From Phoronis australis (Eukaryota > Animalia > Phoronida), in assembly GCA_002633005.1 (NCBI GenBank), contig NMRA01000006.1, positions 1,649,742-1,713,741 of the forward strand: 64,000 nucleotides of DNA, read 5' to 3'. Below the pieces are notes generated by a model that was given only the letters and a program-made list of their open reading frames with translations, made no database searches and was not told where the DNA came from. Shown piece by piece: positions 13,448-25,988 of the stretch. Each line of letters begins with the position of its first letter. Position 1 is the first letter of the stretch. The position numbers and the translations under genes were made by a program.

Positions 13448-15524
13448 GTGAGTACTGATTAAAAAGCTACCGTCTTCGTAATGAAAAATTTAAAAAATCT
13501 GATGAAGAAATTGAATGACAGGAGGTTTAGCATTTTTACGGTGTAAAAATTAACCGAACTAGGATATGGACATAGATATCTTGTAACAAAATTATAGATA
13601 ATTTACAATTTTTGACTTGAAAAATGTCATCACGCGACAATAATAAAGATACAGTAGTAAGAAGCATCTTTCTCCTCAGAAAATATTTACTTTTAATTAT
13701 TGACAAAGCAGAGTGCTTTCGATATTTGACTTAAAGTTTAGGTCTTTTATTAAGGTCCTAAAAAACCTTAAACTTAATTTTGACTGACTTCTTTCTTATA
13801 TGTATAAATATTTAACTTTTTTCAATTCAGTCAACAATGCCTACACATGGGTTTATTTCCAAGATTGTTTACACAAAGTGACTTCTGTGTTCAGGTTGTG
13901 TTAGAAACATCAGTAGTAATGTCTTCAGAACCAAAACACCAACTGCTACAACTGTTAACAACAACTGCAGGTGCAACATCTTCTAGTGTTAATAACTCAC
14001 AACGATAACGGCAAGAACATCTATAAACAAGATCAGCAGCTGCTTAACAACTAGGCTTTCCTATCCACCTTCTGTCACGTGTGCCAGAAATGATAATCTT
14101 CTGATCTGACTGTCCACAAAAGCATGTTTCTGACCACTGGTCACTTGCAAAACGGAGATCTGGAGAATTCACAAAATACCAGATCCAAGTTCACCTATTT
14201 GTCACATGGGTTCCAATGAGATGGTGCCCAGATGTTTGCAGAACAGCATCCGGTACCCAGCCAGCTGCCCAGAGAAACTGATGGTGTATGGGTCACCCAG
14301 TGCTGTCCATCAAATGTCTGGGCGTCACCTACTCGACACAATATTTTTGGCCTTTACTGAATCTTAGAAACGAACTTCAAAATGATGTCACAATCCGCGT
14401 AATGGTAGCCTGTGACGTGGCTCCGTTGCGTTCGGGGAAGCCACTGACTGGCAAAGTTCAGTAACAGAAATCGGAGGGTGTTAGTTCTTCAACTGGTGAC
14501 AATAACTTGGTCTAAAAAATCCTCAAGAAATCTCCATGTGACTTAAAACAAATGATGTGGAAGAGATCCAATAGAATTTTGTCGACAATACAAAATTTCT
14601 ACATTTGTTAGAAACGCCTGTTGCACCACAGTATAGCATTTGGTATTCAGAAAATGCGCCTTTCGAATCCGATTCAATTAACCAGGATTTACTGTCTGAC
14701 TGTAAAAACACATTTAGGTCTAATGCGTCTTTCTCCCCTTTAGATGACTGGAAAGTGATTAATAATCGTTTGAATTACACGTGATTGCGTTTGGATTGCT
14801 CTTTCGTAATTATCACCCAAGAGAACGTAATGGGTACTCTAATAGGGATGGAGGCAAGGAGACCTGTCCAAGTTGGCGTTTTTGTTTTGTCATCACAACC
14901 TGGTGATTTCTGGTAGAGTTGGTAGTTGTCAAGGTTGAGCTAGTTGTTAGGATCAATTAGCTGATGCACGCTGTCGTGTTACTGGGTTGGTGACGCCGTT
15001 GACATTTATTGTGCGCTGGTGTGTTCCTGCAGAAAATGCTTGTATGCCTTGACAGTAAATCATCCTTGCTAGTCGATTAATCATATTGTAGTTTTGTTAT
15101 CTTGTGTAGAAATGTACCAGCATGAGAAATTGTTGAATTCGTTTCAATTAACCCATGCCAAGACGATCAATTTAATTGACGCCCACTTTTATGTATTGGC
15201 GTCGTTTGGTCAAAGATTAAAGCCATGTTCAGCACCGTTATTAAAAACTTGTTTTTTGTCTGGAATACATTTGGAAGTGTTTAATATGGCTGATTGGCGT
15301 TACGGATTCTAGAAGATTACACTATGCAGTGTGTAGAGTTCATTAATTACTTGTGGCCGGATTTGCCGTGGTGAGCTTAAATTTTCCGATTGGAGCTGGT
15401 GATTTTGACTTAACCTAATTATCACTCTGTGTGGCTTTAAACCATGACCAAGATTTAATAAGCATTCGTGCACTTGAATGGCATTTACATTTTGTGGAAA
15501 TCCGTGTGCTGTCCTATGTTATAG

Positions 15525-15599
15525 CCGGAGAACATCGGCTCGCTGTCAAGTCTCAAGGAACTATGGCTGGATCAAAACGAGTTATTGGACTTGCCGCCA
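15525..15599 (+). CDS. scrib: Scribble exon, LRR (PENIGSLSSLKELWLDQNELLDLPP)
   Basis: atag|..|gtaag, 75 bp, phase 0-0. Confidence 0.95.
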
Positions 15600-16258
15600 G
15601 TAAGTGTGTATTGTCTGAATTACTGTCTATGTTTATTCCTCGTGAACACAATGCTTTTTCTCGAGGGCTTTGATTTGTTTCTCGTGCACCAGATTTTGTT
15701 TGTTATGAACTCGTTTCCATTCTCATGAACCGCAGTTCTTCTCTTACCAGTAACATTACTTTATAACTAGCATTTCTGTGAGGAAAGAATAATGTTAATA
15801 AGAACGGTTGTGGGGTGCCTGAGGCAGGAGGAGTGGTTCCTGTATTAGTGCTCAGGTTCCGCTTGTTTATGTTAAACTGGAAACTGTTATGTGCTTGATG
15901 AGATCAGCCTTGATTATGATGAGATGTAATTTTGAAATAAGGTTCTCCAAAATTGGCTATTATCATTATTGTTATTATTTTTTGTTTCTTTTAATGCTAT
16001 TATTATTATTACTGCTATTACCATTATTAAATTTGCTTCGACTAATGATTATAATTTTTGTTGTTATGTATTCGCCTGCCTTAAAAACCTATTGGCTTTT
16101 ACTTTTTTACAATTGACATCTTGCGAATTAGTTCAGTTCCATCATCGCTCAGTGGTTTATTCATGCTGTTACTTCTGCACATTTGCATTCTCCGCAGAAT
16201 TTAAGAATGAACATCTATACTCATAGTTTGGTCAATAATACTATGGAGGTGTTAGTAA

Positions 16259-16474
<216 letters not shown>

Positions 16475-17131
16475 TGATTGGTTGGTTGGTAGGTTGATTG
16501 TTGATCGTTCGTTCGATTGATCGATTTGACATCTATTGACCATAAAAGTACTGGAATACAACACCTTCAAGGTAAGGATATAAACTAAATGTAAGGATAG
16601 CAAGATACAACGGGTGGTCTGCATGAATGACCAGAAAAGTTAGTTTTGTTACTTTTTTTCTATTGTGGTTTGTGAACTTGTGTCACTCACTCCACGACTT
16701 TGTCCACCACCAGTTTGTTGCAAAAAATTGAGGCAGTAGTGAATCAGTGGAAAACGAAATTGTATCTGAGGTGGGTGTCGGCTGAATGCGGGTGTGATGC
16801 TTTTACCCAAGTCATTCTCCCTGGCTAGGATGTCTCCAGTAAGGCTAGTGCTTAATGTGAGTTCGATGATATCACTCAAATCTTCACAAAAAATCAGCAT
16901 ACATTAACAACAGCATGTGCTTTCACTAGCTCTCACTGGTGAAGCATCCAGACATCCATTGGTGAAGCGTTACTGTAAACAGTGTTTGTTTTGGGGGATA
17001 AAGCGGTAGTTTGAATTTGAAACCAAGGAGGTGGAATTTTATTGTGATTTTTGTATTCATGCACTGTCCGTGCAGGGCTGCATCTTAAAGCTTTTAAAAA
17101 GGTTCCATCACAAACCAAAATAAAGGTTTTA

Positions 17132-17277
17132 AAGATGGTGGTACATGTGTCTTGAAGTCTTTTTGCACAAGGTGGTGCTACATGTGTCTTGAAGTCTTTT
17201 TGCACAAGATGGCACTACATGTGTCTTGAAGTCTTTTTACACAAAGTGGTGCTACATGTGTCTTGAAGGCTTTTTAC
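17132..17277. repeat. 37-bp minisatellite, ~4 copies
   Basis: Unit ggtggtgctacatgtgtcttgaagtctttttgcacaa. Confidence 0.9.
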
Positions 17278-17338
17278 TCATTGATTCAGCAACAGGTTCT
17301 TGTCAGGTGTGATAATTTAACCCATGTCTGCATTGCAG

Positions 17339-17411
17339 GTCTACTTAAAAAGTTATCCATTTTGAAACTGGACCAAAACAGGCTATTAGTGCTGACTTCA
17401 CAGATTGGCAG
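17339..17411 (+). CDS. scrib: Scribble exon, LRR (LLKKLSILKLDQNRLLVLTSQIG)
   Basis: ttgcag|..|gttag, 73 bp, phase 1-2. Confidence 0.93.
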
Positions 17412-17504
17412 GTTAGTTTCCTCAAATCTTCCTCCTTGGATCATCATTCATCTTCGTTGTTAATGTCACTCTCATAGCTTCCATTATTTTTATCTACGTG
17501 CGTA

Positions 17505-18680
17505 TACATATGTGGGCGCATATTACCGACATTTCTGTCTGGCCTCTGGCTGGCGTCCACAGTTGTATCTCCTAAGTACCTAGAAAAATATTTTTGAATT
17601 TGTGATGTGGTTTTCCATGAACATGACAACAGATGACGACGACTTTCGGACTGATCTAACTCCTGCTCTGCTCCCTAGTGGCAATTTTATTTTTATACTT
17701 GCTTCTGTATCTTCGTAACTCCATGACAGGTTTTCATGAAATTTGGCAAACAGGTCTCTGCTTAGGGCTCTTCCTGGTGGCCATTTTATCATCTTCAACT
17801 CTTATTTTTGACGTCTGCCTCTCTTTTTGCCGAAACGCTATGAGGTTCATTTTGAAAATTGATGTACAAGTTTCTATTGAAAAGAGCATAGGTAACATGG
17901 ATTTTGGACATTTCTGACAACAGTGGCACCCCCTGGTGTTTAATTTGTTTATTTCATTTGCCTGTGGCTCAATATCTGTCCTTGAAGGATCTCCTTGAAC
18001 TTTACATGTATTCCTAATAAGTAGAGTAGAAATCATGCTGATTGTAGGACATATCCAACTTCTGTGGTGACCCCTAGAGATAGTTTTGGTTTTCTTTGGG
18101 TTTACCTCAATATAAAACCAGTTTCTTTTTGATGTATCTTTATGTAATTTAGGACAGACTTTTGATTATCAGATCAGTATCTACCAAGTTCTTGATGAAT
18201 GTTCATTAGATTTGGCAAATATATCCATATCAAGGATTGAACAGCACTTGTTCATTTTTTTGTGGTTGGGTGAATGATGTGCCCCTTGTGGCAAGTTATT
18301 TTTGTGGACCTACATCTTTACCTATGAAACCGTGTAAATAATAGTTACGAAACTTAAGCGTGTATGTTTGCACTGGGGATGGGATAGCATCTGTCAATTT
18401 TACGACATATTTGTGTAGTGCTGCTTCACGCTGTGGCAATTTTTATTTCCTTGGCATCCACTTGTCTCTGCCAAAGCACATGAGTCATCTGTGTGTGAAA
18501 TTTAGCTCTTATGGTTTGTTAACAGATAAGACAGCACCCTCCTATTTTCTATTTTTTGTGGCGTATACAATTCCTTTTGATGTCCTCGTTGATATCTTCC
18601 AAACTGACTGATTGATGTTTGGAAGACTTGCTTTGCCCCCCCTCTAGAGGCTATTTTAAGTTTTCTAGTATTACTCCGTG
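17505..18680. mobile_element. Non-autonomous element with degenerate internal repeats, copy 1
   Basis: Recurrent ttttcatgaaatttggca and cccctagtggca blocks; both ends similar to 27085-28375; boundaries approximate. Confidence 0.6.
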
Positions 18681-19284
18681 TAGAAGAAATGCTTAAAATG
18701 ATGGTGAACCCTTGTATCTGTAAGTGATGCACACGTCAAGCACATATCAACACATTGTAGCGCTTTTTTATTGTCATCTTCAGCACCACTGTCATATTCA
18801 CTATTCCTGTTTTTGTTAGTGTTGTTATATATGATAATGCCATAGCCTTCATCGTGCCAATCATCCATCCTGTAATCATGGTTATCGCAGTTTTTGTTCC
18901 TGTCATTATCGCCATTGTGTTCATAACTATTGTTTTTGTATTCATCGTCGTCGTAGTAGTCGTGATTGTCGTCATTAATATTGATGTTATCACAAGCACT
19001 CTAGTCAACACAGCCTTAAGTTGTTGAAGTACAAGTAATTTCCATTTTGATGATTATATGTTGTTGGAACAGTAGAGTATTTACATGCATTATGTAACCT
19101 TAATCATGATACTCATTAACTGTCTTTTGTAGGCAGACTGATTCCTTCAAGCGTTGGTTGACATTCTGTGACATTGCTTGATTGAATCACCTCCAGACTT
19201 CTTGAGCTGGGTGTACTCTCGACTTTGCAATGTACTTTGTTTTTCCTGTTTAAACAATCGATAAACACTCTATATTCATTACAG

Positions 19285-19330
19285 CTGCGAAGACTTGACA
19301 GAATTGATTCTAACGGAGAATTTATTGTCG
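19285..19330 (+). CDS. scrib: Scribble small exon, LRR (CEDLTELILTENLLS)
   Basis: ttacag|..|gtagg, 46 bp, phase 2-0; ELILTENLL is a Scribble LRR motif. Confidence 0.93.
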
Positions 19331-19565
19331 GTAGGTATGAGCTGAGATCTTCTTAATCTCCACTTTAGACAGAGGGAGCCACCATCCCCGCTTGGACTAA
19401 CCCCAATTGATAATGCCTTGGAGGTGAAATTAATGAACATCATGTTAGTCAATGTGTCTGAATAACTGTCATTGTAATAGGTCTTCAATACAGGTGTCAT
19501 GTCTCTTTATCTGTTTTTTTTCTTCAATGTTTTGTAGAATTTCGTAGCAGTGTAACAGGTTGGTC

Positions 19566-19669
19566 AATAGTCTGATATAACGTGCCCGTATTTTGCGAAC
19601 CATTTTGATGCCTGTTATTCAGTGGAGAAAACTGGTTCTCAAAATTCGGGCGTGTTATATCAGACCATT
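19566..19669. repeat. Hairpin family A, copy 2 (reverse orientation)
   Basis: tctgatataacgtgccc..ttattcagtggagaaaactggttctcaaaa..gggcgtgttatatcaga. Confidence 0.8.
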
Positions 19670-20075
19670 AAGTAAGATTTAAGTCTCTTAATGTTATTAA
19701 TTTGGCACTTAGTCCATCGTTGCTCAGATTAGATACAATTTCCTGACTTGGGAATAACTGACACTTTGTCACTGCTTGAGTTCAAGCTCAAGAAGTGGGC
19801 TTAGTAGGAACGCTTAAATTTGCCCTTAGAAGCAAACAGATCAAGTTTACTTAGTGTTAAACAGTTGGACAGCACACCATAGCTACAATTAGACAATGTT
19901 TTTAAAAATTGTGGTCTTCACGACATTAGACCCCTTTAGAAAGTTGAAAATGAACAATTTTTTACATTTTTGTCCAGAATTGGCAAGATTATGGGCCTTT
20001 TCTCTTCTTGTTTGTAGCTAGCAGTTTCGTTTCCCACTGGGTTTTTCTTAACAACACTTGTTCTTCTTGTTCTAG

Positions 20076-20159
20076 GAACTTCCATCTACGATAGGGAAAC
20101 TAAAGAAACTCTCCAATTTTAACGTAGACCGAAACAGAATTGGTGAATTTCCTCCTGAG
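20076..20159 (+). CDS. scrib: Scribble exon, LRR (ELPSTIGKLKKLSNFNVDRNRIGEFPPE)
   Basis: ttctag|..|gtaag, 84 bp, phase 0-0. Confidence 0.95.
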
Positions 20160-20582
20160 GTAAGTTTTATTTTATGACTGGCATGAATAGAGGAATGGAA
20201 CTTTACTGCCCAGGTCTCAAATGTCATATGTGGGGAAAAGATTAAGTAAACGCTAAGTACAATTTTATTGAATATGTCTCTCTCGTCGTTTTTGTTAGTG
20301 TGCTTGAATGAGGGTTACTATATCCAGAGTCATGTCAAAATGTTTTTCAACCTCGTTGGTATTGCTGTGGGGTGGTCAGAAGCCATCAATGGGAGACTTT
20401 CAAATAGCAACTTGACAACTGGTCTCTTGGGACTGGATACCAGTGACCTCTAGAGGATGAGGAGGCACTTAATAACTTTTTATAACACATCACGTCAAAG
20501 CATGTAGATTGTGAATAAGCCTTTTCGTGAAGTCAAACCGTTCCCCTATACCACCCGCTGCGAATACAGGGTAACTCTTGGT

Positions 20583-20606
20583 GCCGCTAGGTGGCGCTAT
20601 GAGTCA
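20583..20606 (+). promoter_or_regulatory. CTCF-like motif with adjacent AP-1 site
   Basis: gccgctaggtggcgc matches the CTCF core consensus; tgagtca at 20600-20606; motif match only. Confidence 0.4.
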
Positions 20607-21389
20607 GCGGTCCCATGTGTTCAGCCTCCATTGCTTTCTGAAACTCTCCCATTATGAAGCCGGAGTACGATTGTAAACCACTTTGGAAAGTCAAAGTAAA
20701 TTAGTTGCTAGGAGTTGCCAGTGAAAAATGGATTGATTGCACAAATACTTACAATCTGAATGAAGTGTCGTTGAATGTGGGCCACAACTTAGGTGCTTTG
20801 TTTGTTTGGCCATTTACCACTCAGTTCAAAGAAAAGTTTCGCGTGCAGTTGCTTCTTCGTTTGTGGTACTCTAGTGTTTGAAATTGTATGCTGTAACTTG
20901 TTGGTCTGGCAAGAATTGAAAGAAAGCACCTAACTGTAGGAATGGTAAAGCCAACCAGCAATGCTCAGAAATTCAGCAGAGTTCATTTAAAAGGACATAA
21001 TCGGGTTTAGGTTCAGAAAAAAGTGGATATTTGTCATTGTTGGTGAGATGGACTTATTGAAGTTAAAAGCTTTGATCAGAGCCATAAAACAGCAAGTCTA
21101 CTTCGATTTTTGCAGTTTTACTAGAAAATCGCTAATTGCCCACGAAGGCTTCCTTAGAATTAAGTTATTAAATTTATTAAAACGAGCTTAGAATACTCTG
21201 CTACTTGCCATGTTGGCTTTAAAGTCTACTAGTGTTGGACAGCCATTGTTGTGTTTGGGGTTTGTGTCCCATCTTGTGCACATCAAGTATACACAATAGT
21301 CGACAATAATGATACTCTGATCATTGTTATTATGGACCACTTGTGGTTGGTCTGTTGCCGTGGTTACACGTACACGTCTCTTGTTGCAG

Positions 21390-21505
21390 ATCGGCTTGTG
21401 CGTTCAGCTGAACGTGCTGTCACTCAGGGACAACAGGCTGATACACCTGCCAGACGAGATGGGCAACTTGAAAGACCTGCATGTCCTTGATGTGTCCGGC
21501 AACAG
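21390..21505 (+). CDS. scrib: Scribble exon, last LRRs (IGLCVQLNVLSLRDNRLIHLPDEMGNLKDLHVLDVSGNR)
   Basis: ttgcag|..|gtgag, 116 bp, phase 0-2. Confidence 0.96.
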
Positions 21506-21945
21506 GTGAGGCATTCTGATGAGAATGGGAATGTATTCTGATGTAAACCATGAAAATGTGGAAAGAACAAATATATGTCTCTCAACAGTTAATTAAGCAA
21601 ATGTGTTGTGGTGAACTGCTCTTTGAAGGCTTTTTAGTTGTAGTGTCCATTGGTGGATTTAGGATGTTGTAGGGGGCCTAGTTATAATTTTCAAAGTAAA
21701 AATGTTCACGTATGCCCCAAAACTGCTTGTAGATGAATAGGGGGAGGTGCTAAATCTGGACATGATGTCAATCAGCTATTAACACTGACTACAATTAACA
21801 GTTTTGATGAAAATGAAAATGTTGATGAAAGTGTCAGCTGATACAAAATCAGGCGAGAAGGGAAATGTTAGACAGATCCCCAACTTGGGCCAGTGGAATG
21901 TTATGACAACTCCATGTGTTTATCTCGTCTCTCTCGCCCACCCAG

Positions 21946-22118
21946 GATGTGCTGTCTGCCAATCACCATCACCTCCTGCAGTCTCAACGCCATCTGGCTG
22001 TCGGAGAACCAGGCTCAGCCGATGCTCAAGTTCCAGACAGACGTGTGCTCGCGGACGGGCAAGAAGTGTCTAACGTGTTTCCTGTTACCCCAGATGGGCT
22101 ACCACACGGAGAGCATGG
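21946..22118 (+). CDS. scrib: Scribble exon, LAPSD region (MCCLPITITSCSLNAIWLSENQAQPMLKFQTDVCSRTGKKCLTCFLLPQMGYHTESM)
   Basis: cccag|..|gtagg, 173 bp, phase 2-1; LAP-specific WLSENQ..LTCFLLPQ signature. Confidence 0.96.
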
Positions 22119-22477
22119 GTAGGTGGTGTGGCGTTGGCACCTCTCTGGTACACTTGAGCTGTATGTGTGGAAAGTATTTGTAGACAATGTTAGGCGGTCC
22201 TGTCAAGGGGCATGAATTTTTGTAATCATTTCTTAAAAGCTTGAATGTTGCTAGCTGGCATGTGATTTATTGCAAAAACATTGATTTTCAAATGTACTAT
22301 TTTGACATGACATTTCAGATCATGTACAAACACTTGTTAGTAAGATAATTCTGTCCGCACGTAAGTGGCGAGGGCACTGTATCCGGTTTATTCCACTGTC
22401 AAATTAGCTGTTTAGACTATGTATAATTGTAATCAAGGAGGTGTCCTGTACACTTAATGACTGCTCCTGTTGTACAG

Positions 22478-22570
22478 AGAACCTACTGAAAGGCAGCATT
22501 TTGACAGAGGATGAGAGTAGGACTAGTGTGGTCGAGAAGACGCCAGACAGGGTCAAGTTCATCGAAGATG
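22478..22570 (+). CDS. scrib: Scribble linker exon (ENLLKGSILTEDESRTSVVEKTPDRVKFIED)
   Basis: gtacag|..|gtaat, 93 bp, phase 1-1, open frame. Confidence 0.88.
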
Positions 22571-23007
22571 GTAATGGCTTATTTCACAGACTCAGGTTTT
22601 GTGGTTTATAGGATGAATTAGTTGGTGTGCATACGTAGATACTTGAAACGCGCTTTCAGTGGCGACTTCAAAATCCTGTTTTTATGTGGCATGTATTTTT
22701 AGTCTTTTTTTATGGCAATGTAAGGATCCTCGTTTTACTTCTAAAAACTTGTAGAAGACACAACAGCTGTATCCGTTTATAATTTAAACGGACACTCTCT
22801 CAAACTTCCATTAAATTACTCCTATTTTACATCTGTGAACCACGTAAAGTTCAAACATTGGTTCTCGGAGTGGTTCTGTTGTTGTATACATCTTTTATTC
22901 GATGTTAAGTTAGCTATTTTATTGTGTTTAACATTGCGCAGATTATTTAGGTGAAAATGACTCGCGCCTGTTAAGAATCGATCAATGTCGTCTTTCTGTT
23001 TGCGTAG

Positions 23008-23099
23008 AAATTCACGACAAAATTCCTGGTGACAAAGACAGAAGTTGGCGAGAGAGCGACGGCGTCACTTTCGCAGATGAGGGCGCTGAAGACGAAGAG
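23008..23099 (+). CDS. scrib: Scribble linker exon (IHDKIPGDKDRSWRESDGVTFADEGAEDEE)
   Basis: gcgtag|..|gtgag, 92 bp, phase 1-0. Confidence 0.88.
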
Positions 23100-23497
23100 G
23101 TGAGAAGCAATTGTGTTTCATGAACTGAGTCGATCATCTTTGAGACGCCTTAGTACCATTTGGCATGTTTGTGTTTATCCCTGGTATATTAAATGTCATT
23201 CAATATACTTGTAGTATGTACACAAGTGTACATTTAGTGCTATCATCAAATAACAATTGATTTTAATTGTGCTATAGGCATGAGTCATGCTCTGAGCAAA
23301 CTGTCTTGTGCGGGGGTTTACTCATGTCATAGTTCTAATGTGTACACCTCTACTGTTAGATTTTTGTGATCCTACAATAAAATGTGTCTAGATCAAATAA
23401 AAAATACTCCTAGCTTGTCTATTTCCCTGAACACGTGACTTGGCGGGAGGGCACCCTTTGTCATCAATCCGCTGAACAAACCAGTCTCCGTGTTGGT

Positions 23498-23601
23498 AAT
23501 GGTCTGATATAATGTGCTTGACTTTTGAGAACCAGTTTTCTCCACTGAATAACGGGTATCAAACTGGTTCTCAAAATGCGGGCACGTTCTATCAGGCTAT
23601 T
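23498..23601. repeat. Hairpin family A, copy 3
   Basis: tctgatataatgtgc..ttttgagaaccagttttctccactgaataac..aaactggttctcaaaa..gcacgttctatcagg. Confidence 0.8.
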
Positions 23602-23741
23602 GCCTCTGCGTTGATGAACTTAATTAACCTGGTTGGTCTTTAGTCATAGTATAATTCCTCGATGCAAATATGCTGACTATGCCTTCCTCGAAAGGTCTGT
23701 GTTGATGTTTTATTCAATGCATTTTTTGTCCGCGCACACAG

Positions 23742-23867
23742 GGTCATTTCGTGAGGACGGGTACGCCACATCCGAAGGACTTGAAAAAGAAGCACCAGAA
23801 ATTCCTAGCGTCCAAGGCAATAGAAGGTCACGTGATCAAGCACGAGGGAGATAAGAAGAAAAAGGAC
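23742..23867 (+). CDS. scrib: Scribble linker exon with TPHP motif (GHFVRTGTPHPKDLKKKHQKFLASKAIEGHVIKHEGDKKKKD)
   Basis: cacag|..|gtagg, 126 bp, phase 0-0; TPHPxxLK is conserved in Scribble/Lano. Confidence 0.92.
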
Positions 23868-24500
23868 GTAGGTGTTGCGTGCAATGACTTGTGTATGAAT
23901 TTAAAGTTATGTTGAGTGCAAAAAGTGGCCGAGTTCATAGAAAGGGTAACGATTATAAGTGAAGCAGTGTATTAAGCCAACACTTACACACTCCAGTCTG
24001 GCCATAGTATGACAAAAAAAATGTTAACTTGCTTTATTTCATGACTTTGAACGTAATATTGAATAAGTGCCATCTTACGTACCTAACACCATGTGTTCGA
24101 AATATAAGTAACTTACAACATATGTAATCTTACCTGCACCGCGACTGCTCTCCATATCTCTCAACCTGGCCGTTGCCATAATCAGTCTTCAGTAGAAGTT
24201 CCTACCTCCGCATAGCACTCAAATGGAATATGGGGAGAAAAGTATACTGTTCCATGATTGGGTGACAGGACTCAATTTGCTGCGAAATCGTTACAAATAT
24301 ACGAATAGTGTACAATTTGATCTACGGCTTTTGTTGCTCTGTGCAAGTCTACCTTCACCGATCTTCCCGAGTCTTCAAGAGAAGTTCGTGCCACTGAGAG
24401 AGCATGTCAGGGAAAGCGTACTTGATTTTTTTGCCTTGAATATGTTTTTGTACCCTGAAAAATCATTCCGAGTATATCCATAATTTAGACTTTGATCTAC

Positions 24501-25003
24501 CAGGGCTTGGAATTTTCCGCGGAAACGCGGATTTCCGCTTTTTTGAAATTTGCTTTCCGCTTTTTTTATAATATTTCCGCGTAAAAAAATCGGATTTGAT
24601 ATGAAATTTCCGCGGCAAATTCCTTTCTTACTGCGGCGTTGCAGACGACGTTCACGTCGGAAAGCGGAAGTCTTTATGTTTCGGAGGAACGTAAATTGTC
24701 AACATTGCCGGGGCATCTGGGTAAAGCGTGGTGTGATTTTCAATGGCGGTTCGTGTTATTGTTAAGCGCGGCGACAAATACTACCGCTCTGCAGCCAAAT
24801 TTGTGTGGGTTGGGAGTGGACGGGCGAGTGAAAAGGACGCAGACGCATGCTACTGATGGTGGTAACGTTTTTTTTTTATTTTTTATTTTTTTTGTTTTAG
24901 TCCTCCCGATTTTTGTCGCGGACCATTTCAAAGGCTGGTTATTGGGCATGATTTGGGCCGTAAAAGTTTCCGCGTTTTTTGTCATTGGTCATTCCAAGCC
25001 CTG
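24501..25003. mobile_element. MITE family B copy 2, CpG-rich, 503 bp
   Basis: Perfect 13-bp TIR cagggcttggaat/attccaagccctg and perfect TSD atctac. Confidence 0.88.
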
Positions 25004-25074
25004 ATCTACACTCTTGTTTGCTCTTACGCGTTTCTCCGATGCCACCACCTTCAACGTTCTTCTTCATTCTTCAG

Positions 25075-25177
25075 GAGAAGTTTATGCCACACCGTGACAC
25101 TGAGAAGACATGGGACACTTCTGATGAAGAAGAGGCACCCGTTATTAAACACAAGAAGCCTCACGGCAAAGACTCAG
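25075..25177 (+). CDS. scrib: Scribble linker exon (EKFMPHRDTEKTWDTSDEEEAPVIKHKKPHGKDS)
   Basis: cttcag|..|gtgtgt, 103 bp, phase 0-1. Confidence 0.85.
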
Positions 25178-25560
25178 GTGTGTCAAGTGGGCGGGGTCCC
25201 CGTTTGAGCTCTCCTTGAAATGTATTATAATTTCCTGGAACCGTTTTCGCGTAAACATGTACCCGAATATCAGGATATTGTACTCTTGTAGTTAACTTTG
25301 AAATTTATTTTATTTCCCTATTGGCTTTCTCAGATTTGTTTATATTAAGCTGTAAGATTAAGTTATGACAGATATGAAATTTTGCTGATAATCTTCACTT
25401 TAAGGCTGTTAAAGGTCGAAAATGTGAATAACGCAACCATCCACCTGGATACTCTAGTATTGGTATAGAAATTACACAGCTGATTTTTGTCACCAGTGGA
25501 ATGGCTTGCATTGATATCTATGTGGATAACACGGTTGAACGATGCCTTGTCTTTTTGCAG

Positions 25561-25988
25561 AGTTTGTCGAAGATGTTCTTGAGCTGAAGGGAGTAGTTGG
25601 CAAAGACTTGAACCGTCCGCCAGAGCTGGACAATTCTACTTCAGCTACAATGGACAGCAATGAAATGAGGAATGAGAAAGAGACGACTTTTAGCGAGCCG
25701 TTCATTAAAACGACTGAAAACAAAATTTCTGAAACTGGTGCCGATGCAGTGGTGAAACATGAAGCGCTGAATAGTGAAGCGGACACGGGGGATAAGACTG
25801 AAAGTGTTTATCAGAATAATCTGAACGCGCGACAGAAATTCTTTGCGGAGTCTGCTGCCGCCAATGGCAATGTTGAATCGGCGGGAAAGAATGGCGAAAT
25901 CGGCGAACACGGGGCTCGTGGTGAAGGTCTAGAGGCAACAGGGAAAGAGAACGGCGATGCGACCCTAGTACCCTCTAGTGAGCAGTCG
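25561..25988 (+). CDS. scrib: Scribble acidic low-complexity linker exon (EFVEDVLELK...VPSSEQS)
   Basis: tttgcag|..|gtaagg, 428 bp, phase 1-0, restores frame after the previous exon; within ORF 25542..26018. Confidence 0.85.

Noticed and set aside
15955-16070. Poly-Leu/Ile ORFs resembling a signal peptide
   Set aside because: Degenerate (ATT)n microsatellite
18736-19011. Thr/Met-rich minus-strand ORF
   Set aside because: Low-complexity trinucleotide-type sequence
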